The notes under the pieces were generated by a model that did no database searches, had not been told where the DNA came from, and was given only the letters and a program-made list of their open reading frames with translations. From NCBI GenBank assembly GCA_038867615.1, contig JAWBYA010000001.1, positions 577,473-641,472 of the forward strand: a DNA stretch of 64,000 nt. Direction: 5' to 3'. Each line of letters starts with the position of its first letter. The stretch's first letter is position 1. The stretch comes from Sulfolobales archaeon (GTDB lineage: Archaea; Thermoproteota; Thermoprotei_A; Sulfolobales; AG1). Shown piece by piece: positions 10,493 through 21,300 of this stretch. Position numbers and translations under genes: made by a program.

Positions 10493-11896
10493 ATGTCAAC
10501 ATTTCCATCTGGGTTAAAAACATTGACAGATATTTATAGAGAGGCGTATTATAGGAAGACAGTCAAGTCCGGAGAGCTATGGCTTAAGCTGTCAAGCTTT
10601 ACGCCTCACGGTGTTCATAGTAACTGGAGGATCTTTCCTCCCCACCCTATAATAGTTTCTAGAGCACGTGGCTCCAGGCTCTGGGATGTCGATGGGAATG
10701 AATATATTGATTATAACATGGCTTTCGGCGCACTAGTAGTTGGTCACGCTAATCCTATTCTGATCGAGAAGGTGAAGCAGAAGCTCGATGATGGCAGTAT
10801 ATATGGTCATGAGACGGAGTATAGCTATAAGCTTAGCGAGATCTTAACGCGCCGGTATGGCTATGACATGGTTAGGTTCTCAAGCACGGGTCTTGAGGCA
10901 ACACTCCTAGCCATCAGGCTCGCTAGAGCGGCCACGGGGAGATCGAAGATACTGAAGTTCGAGGGTCATTACCACGGTTCCCACGAGCTCTTAATGGTTG
11001 GCGTTAAGCCTGATATAAGGCATGCCGGGCATCCCAAGAGACCTAGATCTGTTCCGTCGGGGTATCCCTATAACGTTGTCCCCAAGGAGGTGGCGGAGAA
11101 CGTTGTTGTTGCTCCTTGGAACGATGCCGAGGCGGTTGAAGAGATAATGAGAGCCCATGGGAACGAGATAGCAGCCATAATTCTAGAGCCCGTGGCTATG
11201 AATATGGGTGTTGTTCCTGGTAAAAAGGACTTCATAGCCCTTCTAAGAAAGCTAGCGGATGAGTATAACTCTATGTTGATATTCGATGAGGTTAAGACAT
11301 CGGGCATGTGGTATAGAGGAGCCCAGGAGTACTTCGGGGTCAGGGCAGACATCATAGCTGTAGCTAAAGCTATCGGTGGAGGCTTCCCCCTCTCTGCCGT
11401 GCTATCAAGCAGGGATGTGATGGAGCTAGTGGGGCCGCGGAGGGTGCCCCACGGCGGGACATTCAACGCCAACCCGCTGGCCGTCTATGCGGCCTATGTA
11501 ACGTTAACCGAGCTTTTAACAGAGCCAAACCTAGCCTATACACATAAGCTGAGCGAGGAGCTGGCTAAGGGTTACAGGGATTTGATAGAGGATAAGAAGA
11601 TAGACGCACACGTGGTTCAGATAGCTAATAAGGGTACTGTGTATTTCGCTAAAGAGGAGATAAACACCTGGAGGGACTTCGTAACCAAGGTTAACTGGGG
11701 CATCTGGTATGTATGGACACTAGGTATGGTGCTAAATGGCGTGATACCCCAGCCAATGGCTGTGGATGAGCAGTGGACTGTATCGATAATGCATACTAAG
11801 GAGGATATCCAGAGAACCATAGAGGCTGCTGATAAAGTGTTGGGCGAGGTTAGGGGCAAGCTTGTGGAGAAACTAACCGTGGAAGAAGCGATCTAG
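10493..11896 (+). CDS. Class III PLP aminotransferase, glutamate-1-semialdehyde aminomutase-like
   Basis: DVDGNEYIDY, KFEGHYHG, LIFDEV, AKAIGGGFP (PLP Lys), GGTFNANP; start placed at ATG 10493. Confidence 0.88.
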   Translation: MSTFPSGLKTLTDIYREAYYRKTVKSGELWLKLSSFTPHGVHSNWRIFPPHPIIVSRARGSRLWDVDGNEYIDYNMAFGALVVGHANPILIEKVKQKLDDGSIYGHETEYSYKLSEILTRRYGYDMVRFSSTGLEATLLAIRLARAATGRSKILKFEGHYHGSHELLMVGVKPDIRHAGHPKRPRSVPSGYPYNVVPKEVAENVVVAPWNDAEAVEEIMRAHGNEIAAIILEPVAMNMGVVPGKKDFIALLRKLADEYNSMLIFDEVKTSGMWYRGAQEYFGVRADIIAVAKAIGGGFPLSAVLSSRDVMELVGPRRVPHGGTFNANPLAVYAAYVTLTELLTEPNLAYTHKLSEELAKGYRDLIEDKKIDAHVVQIANKGTVYFAKEEINTWRDFVTKVNWGIWYVWTLGMVLNGVIPQPMAVDEQWTVSIMHTKEDIQRTIEAADKVLGEVRGKLVEKLTVEEAI

Positions 11897-12148
11897 ATCC
11901 TAAACCTCCTAAAAGTCTCCCTAACACTCCCTCGGAAAACCACACAATTTTTTCTTGCAATAGCCCTTCATTCATATCAACACCTTAGCCTGGACTCATA
12001 ACACATTATTATCGCTATCTTGGGACTATGAACCCTGCACGAGGCTTTGGCTCCCACATTTATTACGGATCTTCTATAGATGTGAGGGCTTAGAGATATA
12101 TAGGCTATGTTGTTAAAGAACTAGGGGTTGTTATTGTATATAGTCAAT

Positions 12149-12535
12149 ATGGAGGCTGTGGAGTTTAAGGAGTATCTGGAGAGAGGCGCTAGAGGCGTTA
12201 AGAGGAAGATCCTTGTTGATGATTCCTCGGGTTCTAAGAGATTCTATCTTAGGTATTATAGATTAGAGCCCGGGGGTCAGACGCCCTTCGATATACATGA
12301 TTATGAGCATATTGTTGTGATCACGAAGGGTAGGGGGTCTTTGTTAACGATGAACAATGGTGTGCCCTCGATGAAGGGTATAAAGGAGGGCGATGTGATC
12401 TTCATAGCTTCTAGAGAGCCCCACCAGTTTATAAACACAGGAGGCTCGGAGCTCGAGTTCCTCTGCTTCAGAGGCGCTGAGATCCTCTATAGAGAAGATG
12501 TTAAGAGGATCATTGAGGGTGGCGATAAGGCTTGA
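12149..12535 (+). CDS. Cupin domain protein
   Basis: PGGQTPFDIHDYEH and EGDVIFI..EPHQFINTG cupin motifs. Confidence 0.85.
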   Translation: MEAVEFKEYLERGARGVKRKILVDDSSGSKRFYLRYYRLEPGGQTPFDIHDYEHIVVITKGRGSLLTMNNGVPSMKGIKEGDVIFIASREPHQFINTGGSELEFLCFRGAEILYREDVKRIIEGGDKA

Positions 12536-13278
12536 GACTCCCATACCCCAGGTGGGTTTATCTCCAAGAGTTTGGGAAGCCCTCGAACCTTGATGAGGCT
12601 CTAGGATCTCTGGCTGCATTCTCAGCCCAGGTTGAGGTGTGCAAGATCCTCTCGCTCTCAGGGCTTATGCATATGGAAAGGCTATCGTGGGAGGATATAT
12701 ATAGTATTATAAGGATTATTGCTAGGGATTCTCAACACATATCCATGCTCTCGATCTTCGGGGATCCTTTGAAACCTATTGCGAAAGGCAGCATCGATCT
12801 CGACTATGCCCTGGGATCTATAGCCGAGGTTAGGGATCCCGGGGTTCGAGCAGCTGTCGCGATCTCCACAATCCTCCCAGCATATATATCGATCCTTGAT
12901 TTCGTTTCTAGGAAAACCTCTGTTGAGAAGGCGAGGGAGATCTTCTCAAAGATCCTTGAAGACGAGGAAGAGGATCTCGAAGCGCTCTCAAAGATCCTCG
13001 CAGGCAAATTCGAGGGGGAGAGCGTGGCCCAGGTTCTTGAAGAGAGGGCTGTGGTTCTATTTGCATCAGCTGGTTCCGAAGATAATATGAAGATCTCTAT
13101 AGCCACAGCTATAAAGGGGAGTCTTGTTAATGAGAATGAGGCTAACACGATCCTCGGAAGTCTCTATAGAGAGATAGATAGCAAGAGGATCTATACTGCC
13201 CAGAGGATGCTGAAGGATCCTTTGAGAGCAGTTGATGTTATTAAGAAATACGGGTTGTCTGGGATAGGGCTCTGCTGA
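12532..13278 (+). CDS. Hypothetical helical protein (possibly degenerate ferritin-like)
   Basis: 4-nt overlap with cupin gene; ARDSQH and ILEDEEEDL helical motifs. Confidence 0.55.
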   Translation: MRLPYPRWVYLQEFGKPSNLDEALGSLAAFSAQVEVCKILSLSGLMHMERLSWEDIYSIIRIIARDSQHISMLSIFGDPLKPIAKGSIDLDYALGSIAEVRDPGVRAAVAISTILPAYISILDFVSRKTSVEKAREIFSKILEDEEEDLEALSKILAGKFEGESVAQVLEERAVVLFASAGSEDNMKISIATAIKGSLVNENEANTILGSLYREIDSKRIYTAQRMLKDPLRAVDVIKKYGLSGIGLC

Positions 13279-14319
13279 TCACTGGATCCTATCCCTCAGG
13301 CTTGGATCGACATAGCCTCTATGAGACACCACTATGACTTTCAATGCCTTCTCAACATCTAGGGCTGTTTTGAAGGCATCCTCAACCCTTTCTAGCTCGA
13401 ATATATGGGATACTATTCTCTCCGCAGGGATCTTATCGCTACTGAGGATCCTGATCGATGTCTCCACATCCCTCTCGGATGCTGAGTATGATGGTGTTAT
13501 CCTCACCTCGTCATAGAAGATCCTCGATATCGGTAGCTCTGCCGAGGCTCCTGGTGGAGGGGCTCCGAAGAGGAGGATCTCTCCTCCTCTCCTCACAAGC
13601 CTGAAGGCATTCTGGATGGCTTTTGGGTTTCCTGTCGATAGGATCGCTATATCGTGTTTTCTAAGATCATCTATCGATTCTGGGTGCACGCATGAATCTG
13701 CTCCAAGGGCCGTTGCTGCTGAGCACCTGGTTTTCGATAGATCTATTGCTGTGATCTCAGAAGCCCCCATGGATCTTAGAAGCATTATGAATAGAAGCCC
13801 CATAGGTCCAGAGCCTATTACCGCTGCGCTATAGCCAGGTTTATAGGTGCTCTTCGAGAGACCCCTTATAACTGTTGCTAGGGGCTCTATAAAAGTCCCC
13901 CTGATCCACGAGATCCTCTCTGGAAGGATATGGACAGATCCCCTCTCAACATTGATTCTAGGGACTAGGAAGTACTCAGAAAAACCTCCCGGATATATAT
14001 TTGTCTCCTTGAACAGGGGGCACATGGTCTCCGAGCCCGTGTAGCAGTACCAACACTTCCCACAAGAGATGTGGTGGTGCACAAAAACCCTCAAACCCGG
14101 CTGGAGATCCTTAACACCCCTGCCGATCTCCTCAACAATCCCCACAACCTCGTGCCCCAGGATCGGGGGTGTCTCTGTACCGCTCTTGATCTTCTCGAGA
14201 TCCGTTCCACAGATCCCGCACGCGGCCATCTTAACAACGATCTCGCCCTCACCCGGCTTGGGGATCTCGACATCTATTACCCCGAGCCCTCCGCCCCTCT
14301 TAACAACAGCGGCCTTCAA
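13279..14319 (-). CDS. Zn-dependent alcohol/polyol dehydrogenase
   Basis: CGICGTD, GHE, CGKCWYC...C, GSGPMG. Confidence 0.92.
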   Translation of the reverse strand: MKAAVVKRGGGLGVIDVEIPKPGEGEIVVKMAACGICGTDLEKIKSGTETPPILGHEVVGIVEEIGRGVKDLQPGLRVFVHHHISCGKCWYCYTGSETMCPLFKETNIYPGGFSEYFLVPRINVERGSVHILPERISWIRGTFIEPLATVIRGLSKSTYKPGYSAAVIGSGPMGLLFIMLLRSMGASEITAIDLSKTRCSAATALGADSCVHPESIDDLRKHDIAILSTGNPKAIQNAFRLVRRGGEILLFGAPPPGASAELPISRIFYDEVRITPSYSASERDVETSIRILSSDKIPAERIVSHIFELERVEDAFKTALDVEKALKVIVVSHRGYVDPSLRDRIQ

Positions 14320-14424
14320 GTATCTCCACTACTATGCTCTACCTTAGTATGCTTATAATCCCTCTCACAGATCTATAGATCGCTGGGCAGATCCGCCCTT
14401 ATTAGTCCGTTATGGGAAATAGAG

Positions 14425-15474
14425 ATGGCTGTTTATATGAGGGCGGCTGTTCTCCACGCTCCGGGGGATTTGAGGGTTGAGGATGTAAGGGATCCGGAGC
14501 CGCGTAGAGGATCTATCGTTGCCAGGGTCCTCCTAGCCCTAACCTGCGGGACTGATGTTAAGCTCTATAGGAGGGGTCACCCCCTTGCAAAGCTACCCAA
14601 CATAATTGGGCATGAGTTTGTAGGGGTTGTTGAGGAGGTTGGCGAGGGGGTTCCCGAGGATCTTAGGGGTAGGCGTTTTGTTACGATGAACACCTCGCCA
14701 TGTGGTGTGTGTTTCTACTGCAGTGTGGGTAGGGAGAATCTTTGTGAGAGGCTTGGGGAGCTCATAATAGGTTTCACAATCCCTGGAGCCTATGCCGAGA
14801 GGATCGAGGTTCCCGAGAGGATCTGGAGGAGATATTTCTACCAGATCCAAGAGAACCTAGACCCCGTCGAGGCTGCCTTTCTAGAGCCGCTATCCACGGT
14901 TGTTCATGGGCAGAGGGTCTTGGGAAGGGTTGAGGGGGAATGGGTTGCTGTGATAGGCTCGGGACCTATAGGGCTCCTCCACCTACAATTATTAAAGCTA
15001 GAGGGCTTGAGGGTTGCTGTGATCGATAGGCATTGGGAGAAACTCTCCATAGCGGAGAAACTAGGGGCTGACATAGCGATCAACTCTAAAGAGACCAGGG
15101 TAGAGGATATGGTTAGAAACATAAACGGGGGCAGGGGCTTTGATGCGGTGATAGAGGCTGCGGGGAAGCTCGAGGCGTGGGAGCTGGCCTTAAGGCTTGT
15201 CAGAAAGGGGGGAAAGATCCTCTTCTTCGGAGGGCTACCAAGGGGAACAGGGATCACTATAGATAGCTATAAAATCCACTACGAAGAAGTAGAGATCCTA
15301 GGAGCATTCCACACAACACCAAGGGATGTTGAGAAAACATATAAAATCATAGAGAGCAGAAGACTAAGGCTAAAAGAATTGGTAAGCGGTACAAAACCCT
15401 TGGAAAAAGTGCAAGAGGCTCTCGAAGGCATGGCAAGCGGTCAGGGGCTTAAATACATAATAACAAGCCACTAA
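14425..15474 (+). CDS. Zn-dependent alcohol/polyol dehydrogenase
   Basis: TCGTD, GHE, CGVCFYC...C, GSGPIG; divergent from paralog. Confidence 0.92.
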   Translation: MAVYMRAAVLHAPGDLRVEDVRDPEPRRGSIVARVLLALTCGTDVKLYRRGHPLAKLPNIIGHEFVGVVEEVGEGVPEDLRGRRFVTMNTSPCGVCFYCSVGRENLCERLGELIIGFTIPGAYAERIEVPERIWRRYFYQIQENLDPVEAAFLEPLSTVVHGQRVLGRVEGEWVAVIGSGPIGLLHLQLLKLEGLRVAVIDRHWEKLSIAEKLGADIAINSKETRVEDMVRNINGGRGFDAVIEAAGKLEAWELALRLVRKGGKILFFGGLPRGTGITIDSYKIHYEEVEILGAFHTTPRDVEKTYKIIESRRLRLKELVSGTKPLEKVQEALEGMASGQGLKYIITSH

Positions 15475-15807
15475 ACCGTAGATCGTTCCATGTCATCTTA
15501 TGAGAACGCCTGGGGAGAGATCCTCCTTTCATTTTATATGGGATCAGCAGATCTGGTTGAGATCTTTTTGATGTTTATACAGCCATGCCCCTGAGGATCT
15601 ATATCTATAGCGGATCGATGAATGAGATCTCTTTTTGCAATATCCAGTTCTATAGTAGACTGAATCTATCACTATATATCTCCTATCATCGGAGCCCATA
15701 TCCTCGGCCTCCACGCATCCAGAGAGACCCAGACCCACGGCTCTTCTTTCTATAATGCAGCGTTTTTAAAGCCTTTATCTCTTTATACATTACCAGAGAG
15801 GGTTTCT

Positions 15808-17709
15808 ATGAATCCCAACGATCCTTATTTATGGCTCGAAGATCTTAGCGATAAAAAGGTTATCGAGTGGGCTTATGAGCAGGATAGGATTGCCAGAGAA
15901 TATGTTAGGGCTCCCAGCGAGAGGCTTTATGAGAGGCTTTTAAAGCTCTACGAAGAACCCTTTCCCTATGCTTTTAGGGTTACTAGGGCTGGGTATATCT
16001 ATATGGTTAGGGGTAGGGATTATAGACTGAGGATCAGGTATCGCGATGGTGAGGAGAGAGATATTGTTTCCTCAGAGAATCTAGGATCTGATGCGATTAT
16101 ATCGTGGTATGCTGCTAGAGACGAGGGCGACGTGATCGCCTATTACCACTCCTCAGGCGGTAGGGATGTGGGTTTTCTCGACGTGGTTGATATCGAGAGT
16201 GGGGAGCTTATAGACAGGATCGAGGGTTCTGTGCACGGGATAGTGTTTCTCGGGAGGGATAGGTTTTACTACTCAAGGTTCTATAGATCTGGTAAATGTC
16301 CCGATGGTGTTGGTGCTCCGTGTGATAGGGTTTTTCTGAGGAGCTCTGGTAAGGAGGAGATGGTTTTCGGGGCTGGGATTCCTACGTCGAATTTTATTCT
16401 GGTTAAGAGCTCCTCCGATATGGGTTCTGCTCTCATCACTATATCTTATGGCTGGCATAGGTCGAGAATATATTTCGGGGATCTTCTGAGGCCTGAGGGC
16501 TGGACTGAGATCTATGGGGGTGATTTTGTCTCCCACCCGATCGATCGGGTTGGGGATTGCGTGCTTATTGCTACATATGATCAGGGTGGGATGGGCAGGA
16601 TAGTCTGCGTCTCAAGCAACCATGTCGAGGAGATCGTGGGAGAGAGGGATGAGCATCTCAGCTCGGCAGCGATCCTTGACAACGTGATCCTTGCCGTGTA
16701 TACGGATAAGGATTACTGCTACAGCAAGATCCACTATTATAGTGTTAAGGGGGATCTTCTGGGTAGATATATCCCCGAAACACCCTCGACTATAAACCTC
16801 CACATGGATCGCGGGTTCGAAGGCGAGATCCCTGTCGAGATGACATCCTATGTGCAGAGGTACAGAGTGCTGAGGATAGGGAGGGATCTCAGCATAGGGG
16901 TTATAGCCGAGTCTAGGAGGCTTGAGGATATCGATATAGACCATGGATGGGCTAGGTCTCACGACGGGGCTAGGATACATTATTTCATAGTGGGTAAGAG
17001 GGGTTCGAAGCCCTCTAGGATTGTTCTCTACGGCTACGGGGGTTTCGGGATATCGCTTACACCTAACTACTATCTATGGTCGATCCCCTTGATCGAGGAT
17101 GGAGCTGCCCTTGTTGTCGCCAACCTTAGGGGAGGATCCGAGCTTGGTGAGAGGTGGCATAGGGAGGGGATGAGGGAGAAGAAGATCAATGTCTTTATGG
17201 ATTTCATAGCGGTTGCAGAGGATCTTAGGAGGAGGTTTGGCGATATAAAGATAGCGATCCATGGGAGGAGTAATGGCGGTCTCCTAGTAGCGTCAGCTAT
17301 AACCATGAGGCCGGATCTTTTTGATGCTGCTGTGATAGGCTACCCAGTCATAGATCTACTTAGGTTTGACAAGCTATATATAGGCAGGGCGTGGGTTCCA
17401 GAGTACGGAGACCCAGAGGATCCGAGGGATAGGAGGTATCTCGAGGAATACTCACCATACCATAGAGTAAAACCCGGGGCTGACTATCCCCCTGTCTTTA
17501 TCTATACAGGGCTTAACGACGATCGTGTTCACCCTGCGCATGCTTTCAAATTCCACGCCAGGCTTAGGGAGTATGGCTATGAGAGCTACCTGAGGGTTGA
17601 GAGATCCTCGGGACATATAGGCTCTTCACCAGAGATCCTTGCGAGAGAGGCTGCCGACTATCTCGGCTTCATCTACACAGCATTAGGGCTTTACACGCGA
17701 TCTAGTTAA
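15808..17709 (+). CDS. Prolyl oligopeptidase (S9A)
   Basis: DPYLWLED, YGYGGFG, NLRGGSE, GRSNGGL (Ser), DDRVHP (Asp), GH (His). Confidence 0.95.
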   Translation: MNPNDPYLWLEDLSDKKVIEWAYEQDRIAREYVRAPSERLYERLLKLYEEPFPYAFRVTRAGYIYMVRGRDYRLRIRYRDGEERDIVSSENLGSDAIISWYAARDEGDVIAYYHSSGGRDVGFLDVVDIESGELIDRIEGSVHGIVFLGRDRFYYSRFYRSGKCPDGVGAPCDRVFLRSSGKEEMVFGAGIPTSNFILVKSSSDMGSALITISYGWHRSRIYFGDLLRPEGWTEIYGGDFVSHPIDRVGDCVLIATYDQGGMGRIVCVSSNHVEEIVGERDEHLSSAAILDNVILAVYTDKDYCYSKIHYYSVKGDLLGRYIPETPSTINLHMDRGFEGEIPVEMTSYVQRYRVLRIGRDLSIGVIAESRRLEDIDIDHGWARSHDGARIHYFIVGKRGSKPSRIVLYGYGGFGISLTPNYYLWSIPLIEDGAALVVANLRGGSELGERWHREGMREKKINVFMDFIAVAEDLRRRFGDIKIAIHGRSNGGLLVASAITMRPDLFDAAVIGYPVIDLLRFDKLYIGRAWVPEYGDPEDPRDRRYLEEYSPYHRVKPGADYPPVFIYTGLNDDRVHPAHAFKFHARLREYGYESYLRVERSSGHIGSSPEILAREAADYLGFIYTALGLYTRSS

Positions 17710-18350
17710 ACCATATTACCAAGGATCATTTTTAGGAATGGGTTGCTTCTCTTCTCATCCCCTATCGTGCTTGGCGGTCCATGGCCTGGATAGACTATTA
17801 GATCTTCGTTGAGGGTCGCGATCTTCTTGAGACTCTCCATCAAGTCAGCCCAGGATCCTCCGGGGAAATCTGTCCTACCCACACTACCCCTAAACAGGGT
17901 ATCTCCCGTGAACACTAGATCCTCCCCCACGAGACACACGCTCCCAGGCGTGTGGCCAGGTGTTTCTATCACCCTCAGCTCCTCATCCCCGATCCTCACT
18001 ACGCTTCCCTCGGCCAGGTCGGCGTCTGGGTCGCTGATCTCTTCCCCCATGATACCATAGCCCCCTGCTACTCTATGGGCTATCCTAACAAGCCATAGAT
18101 CTTTCTTGTTAATTGCAAAGGGGGCTCTATACCTCTTCCTAAGATCCTCCACGGCTAGTATATGGTCGAAATGACCGTGGGTGGCTATTATTGCTGTTAC
18201 TTTAAGTCCTTTCGAATCAATGATTCTCGAGATCTTCTCAGCCTCACCCCCAGGATCTATTATTATTGCCTCGTTATGGTTTGAGACGATATAGCAGTTC
18301 GTGTAGAGAGGCCCCACAACTATTCTCTCTACCTTCAGTTTTCTCCCCAA
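17706..18350 (-). CDS. MBL-fold metallo-hydrolase (glyoxalase II-like)
   Basis: THGHFDH, TPGHTPG, FTGDTLF, PGHG; start set near TTG 18350 because the longer ORF overlaps the MetE-like gene. Confidence 0.9.
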   Translation of the reverse strand: MGRKLKVERIVVGPLYTNCYIVSNHNEAIIIDPGGEAEKISRIIDSKGLKVTAIIATHGHFDHILAVEDLRKRYRAPFAINKKDLWLVRIAHRVAGGYGIMGEEISDPDADLAEGSVVRIGDEELRVIETPGHTPGSVCLVGEDLVFTGDTLFRGSVGRTDFPGGSWADLMESLKKIATLNEDLIVYPGHGPPSTIGDEKRSNPFLKMILGNMV

Positions 18351-18393
18351 GATTTCTTGTGATGTACTATTTATTTTACGCTGACCCATATTC

Positions 18394-19566
18394 TTGGTGA
18401 GCATTGTGTTCGTGACATCTGTTGTTGGGAGTTTCCCACGCCCCAAGTGGCTTATCGAGGCTAGAAGGGCTTTTGAGGAGGGTAGGATTTCGAGGGAGGA
18501 GCTTAGGGAGTATGAGGATGATGCTGTTAAGGTTGTTGTTAAGGAGCAAGAGATGGTTGGGGTTGAGGTTATAAGTGATGGTGAGTATAGGAGGTTCTCT
18601 TTCCTCGGCTTTGTTGGTGAGAAGGTTGAGGGTTTCTCGCTAGTCCCGGTCTCCAGGCTTGCAGTCTCAGCAGAGGCTAGGAGTGCTATTGAGGCTATGA
18701 GTTTCCCCGAGCGTGCTGTGAGGAATCCTGTTGTTGTGGGTAGGATTTCGAGGCCAAGGCCTATGGCTTTGGATGAGCTTCTATTCCTCAAGGGTGTAAC
18801 GTCGAGGGCTGTTAAGATAGCCCTGCCCTCTCCTTATACGATCTATTGGAATGCTTGGCACCACGAGCTCAGCAAGCCCTACTACCCATCACCAGACGCA
18901 ATGATCCAGGACTATATAAAGGTACTTAGGCAGGAGATAGCGGAGCTCTTCGAAAAGGGGGCTGATTTCGTGCAGCTAGACGAGCCTGCCATGGGTAACC
19001 TTGTAGAGGCTGGCGATGATAAGCCTGACAGGTATAAGAGGCTTCTCACAGCACTCAACGGGATCAGGTATAGAGGGTTTAGGGACGAGCTAGCCCTCGC
19101 AGTAGACCTGATCAACGAGGCTGTGAAGGGCTTTGGAGGAAGGATCGGTGTGCATATATGCAGAGGGAACTGGCCAGCCCCAGAGGAATACCTAATAAAA
19201 GGAGGCTACGAGAAACTAATGCCCGCAATGCTTGATATGAAGGCAAAACAACTGGTCCTCGAATACGCAACACCCAGAGCAGGATCTATAGAAGCTTTCA
19301 AGGAATACACGTGGGGGGGAGAGATAGGGCTGGGCGTTATCGATGTTAAGAACCCCGAGGTCGAGACCCCCGAGGTTATAGTAAAAAGGGTTGAGAGGGC
19401 ACTAAGATACTTCGACCCGGAGAAAATCTGGCTCAACCCGGACTGCGGCTTCGCATCAGGCCTCCCATGGCCGGTAAGCACTAGAAATATAGCCCTGGAA
19501 AAGCTGAGAAACATGGTCAAGGCCTCGGGGATCCTGAGGATGAGGTATAGAGCTTCTGAGAGGTAG
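18394..19566 (+). CDS. Cobalamin-independent methionine synthase II family (MetE C-terminal domain type)
   Basis: VGSFPRP, SDGEYRR, VQLDEP, HICRGN, LEY, NPDCGF zinc ligands. Confidence 0.9.
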   Translation: MVSIVFVTSVVGSFPRPKWLIEARRAFEEGRISREELREYEDDAVKVVVKEQEMVGVEVISDGEYRRFSFLGFVGEKVEGFSLVPVSRLAVSAEARSAIEAMSFPERAVRNPVVVGRISRPRPMALDELLFLKGVTSRAVKIALPSPYTIYWNAWHHELSKPYYPSPDAMIQDYIKVLRQEIAELFEKGADFVQLDEPAMGNLVEAGDDKPDRYKRLLTALNGIRYRGFRDELALAVDLINEAVKGFGGRIGVHICRGNWPAPEEYLIKGGYEKLMPAMLDMKAKQLVLEYATPRAGSIEAFKEYTWGGEIGLGVIDVKNPEVETPEVIVKRVERALRYFDPEKIWLNPDCGFASGLPWPVSTRNIALEKLRNMVKASGILRMRYRASER

Positions 19567-19570
19567 TTCT

Positions 19571-20143
19571 GTGGGTTTAGAGGATCTATTGCTCATAATA
19601 TTATCAGTAATAATAGGTGTCTTTACCTATATATTGCTCCCAATGAGGTGGGGAGCTGCTTATTCCCCATCGCCCAGGGCAAAGATCTCCACGGTCTTGA
19701 GGAGTGTGATAGAGACCTACTATAAGGATAAAGATGTAGTGAGGATAATAGATCTAGGCTCGGGCTTCGGGAGGGTTTGTTTCGAGGCTGTCAAGATAGA
19801 CCGCAGGGTTGTGTGCCACGGGGTAGATATAGATCCTCTCAAGATCCTCTGGAGCAAAGCTATAGCCAGGATCAAGGGTATTGATGCAAGAGCCACTTTC
19901 ACCAGGGGGAATATACTTGAGATAGATCTAGAGGGCTATGATATTATATACATGTTTCTATGGCCAGGGATCGTCTTGAAAATCGAGGAAAAGATCCTGA
20001 AGGAGGTGAGGAAAGAATGCATAGTCATATCCCTGGAACACCCCCTCAGACTGCTTAAAAGCGAGAAGGTAGATGACTTCTACATAGCATTCATAGACAG
20101 TGCCAAAGAAATCAAAAACAAAGAGGCGGTGAACATAGCATAG
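19571..20143 (+). CDS. Class I SAM-dependent methyltransferase with N-terminal TM anchor
   Basis: IDLGSGFGR motif I, GVDID, YMFL. Confidence 0.8.
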   Translation: MGLEDLLLIILSVIIGVFTYILLPMRWGAAYSPSPRAKISTVLRSVIETYYKDKDVVRIIDLGSGFGRVCFEAVKIDRRVVCHGVDIDPLKILWSKAIARIKGIDARATFTRGNILEIDLEGYDIIYMFLWPGIVLKIEEKILKEVRKECIVISLEHPLRLLKSEKVDDFYIAFIDSAKEIKNKEAVNIA

Positions 20144-20505
20144 AAACCACCATACCCATAGCTACTATTTAGAGGATCTCTTTAAAACCTTAATAGACCG
20201 CAGAAGGCTTTGAATATGATAGATTAGGAGGCTATTATATCAACAAGAGATAAGAGAAGTGGGAAGAAAGGAGCCTCACTGGCCATTCTAAGAGAGAAAG
20301 GCTTTAAGAGAAGTTTGAGGGCTCATTAAAGACGTGATAACCTATATAGACTTCTACAGAAGCATCTCGCCTAAAGTCCTGGGGATACTCTGATGCTGCT
20401 AGTCTTGTTGATATTATGAAAAGTGTTAACTAGCGATGCTAGAATCTATCGTTTTTATAGAGGAAAAATAATATGGACGGTTCAAAAATTCGATGGTGAT
20501 GCGTT

Positions 20506-21225
20506 GTGAGCTCTGTGAATATAAGTGTGAGGATAGGGAGAGGGTTTCGGGATCTTGTGGAAGAGATACAGAGTGCTAGGAAGCGTGTGTGGGTTATGAG
20601 TCCGTGGATATCGCCTGAGTATGCTCAGCTGCTTGTTAGGAAGGCTTCGGAGGGGGTTGATGTGAGGGTCTTTACGACAGATGATCTTGGGAATAGGAGT
20701 CATGTGGGCGGGTTAATGGAGCTGATTGAGGCGAGAAGAGTGGTTATAAGGCCTGCGAGCCCTCTCGCTAGAAGGTTAGGGTTTATATTGTTTCTCCTAG
20801 GTCTTGTGGCCGTATTTATCGTGCTACCTGCTGGGGTTCTCATGATGATCGCTGGTGCGGCTATATATCTAATGTGGGGAAGGGATAGGCTTGGGATTCG
20901 CTATTTCTCGAAGGTTGGTGAGGGAAGGCTTGTAATATACCACTCAGAACCCCTTAACATGGTTCATGCTAAGATATATGTGGTTGACGATCATGCAGCG
21001 GTCGGTTCTGTTAACTTTACGAGAAGCGGTGTGGAGAGTAATTTTGAATGTCTGGTAAAGATCAGAGATCCCTTAGTAGTGGAGGAGATCGTTAACAGGC
21101 TAGGCTCTCTAGGCAATGACCCAGAGTTGCGGGAAATACCTGTTGACAAGATAGGGTGGGAAATTCTACCAGTTGAGGAGAAATCCCGCATCATGGGACT
21201 GATCGAATCTCTCTTCAAGAGATAA
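20506..21225 (+). CDS. Single-HKD phospholipase D/nuclease-like protein with internal TM hairpin
   Basis: IQSARKRVWVMSPW, GVDVRV, HAKIYVVD...GSVNFT...NFE. Confidence 0.85.
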   Translation: MSSVNISVRIGRGFRDLVEEIQSARKRVWVMSPWISPEYAQLLVRKASEGVDVRVFTTDDLGNRSHVGGLMELIEARRVVIRPASPLARRLGFILFLLGLVAVFIVLPAGVLMMIAGAAIYLMWGRDRLGIRYFSKVGEGRLVIYHSEPLNMVHAKIYVVDDHAAVGSVNFTRSGVESNFECLVKIRDPLVVEEIVNRLGSLGNDPELREIPVDKIGWEILPVEEKSRIMGLIESLFKR

Positions 21226-21300
21226 ACTTTTTGCTAGTGAAGGCTGAGAGCCGCTATATTTAGGTTTTTTACCTACACCTCGATATAGCTTGCTAGCTAA

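Noticed and set aside
15544-15738. 64-aa minus-strand ORF
   Set aside because: No recognisable motif; overlaps intergenic repeat-like motifs and is probably spurious
18351-18791. Long N-terminal extension of the MBL ORF
   Set aside because: Antisense shadow of the MetE-like gene; the MBL fold begins near 18350
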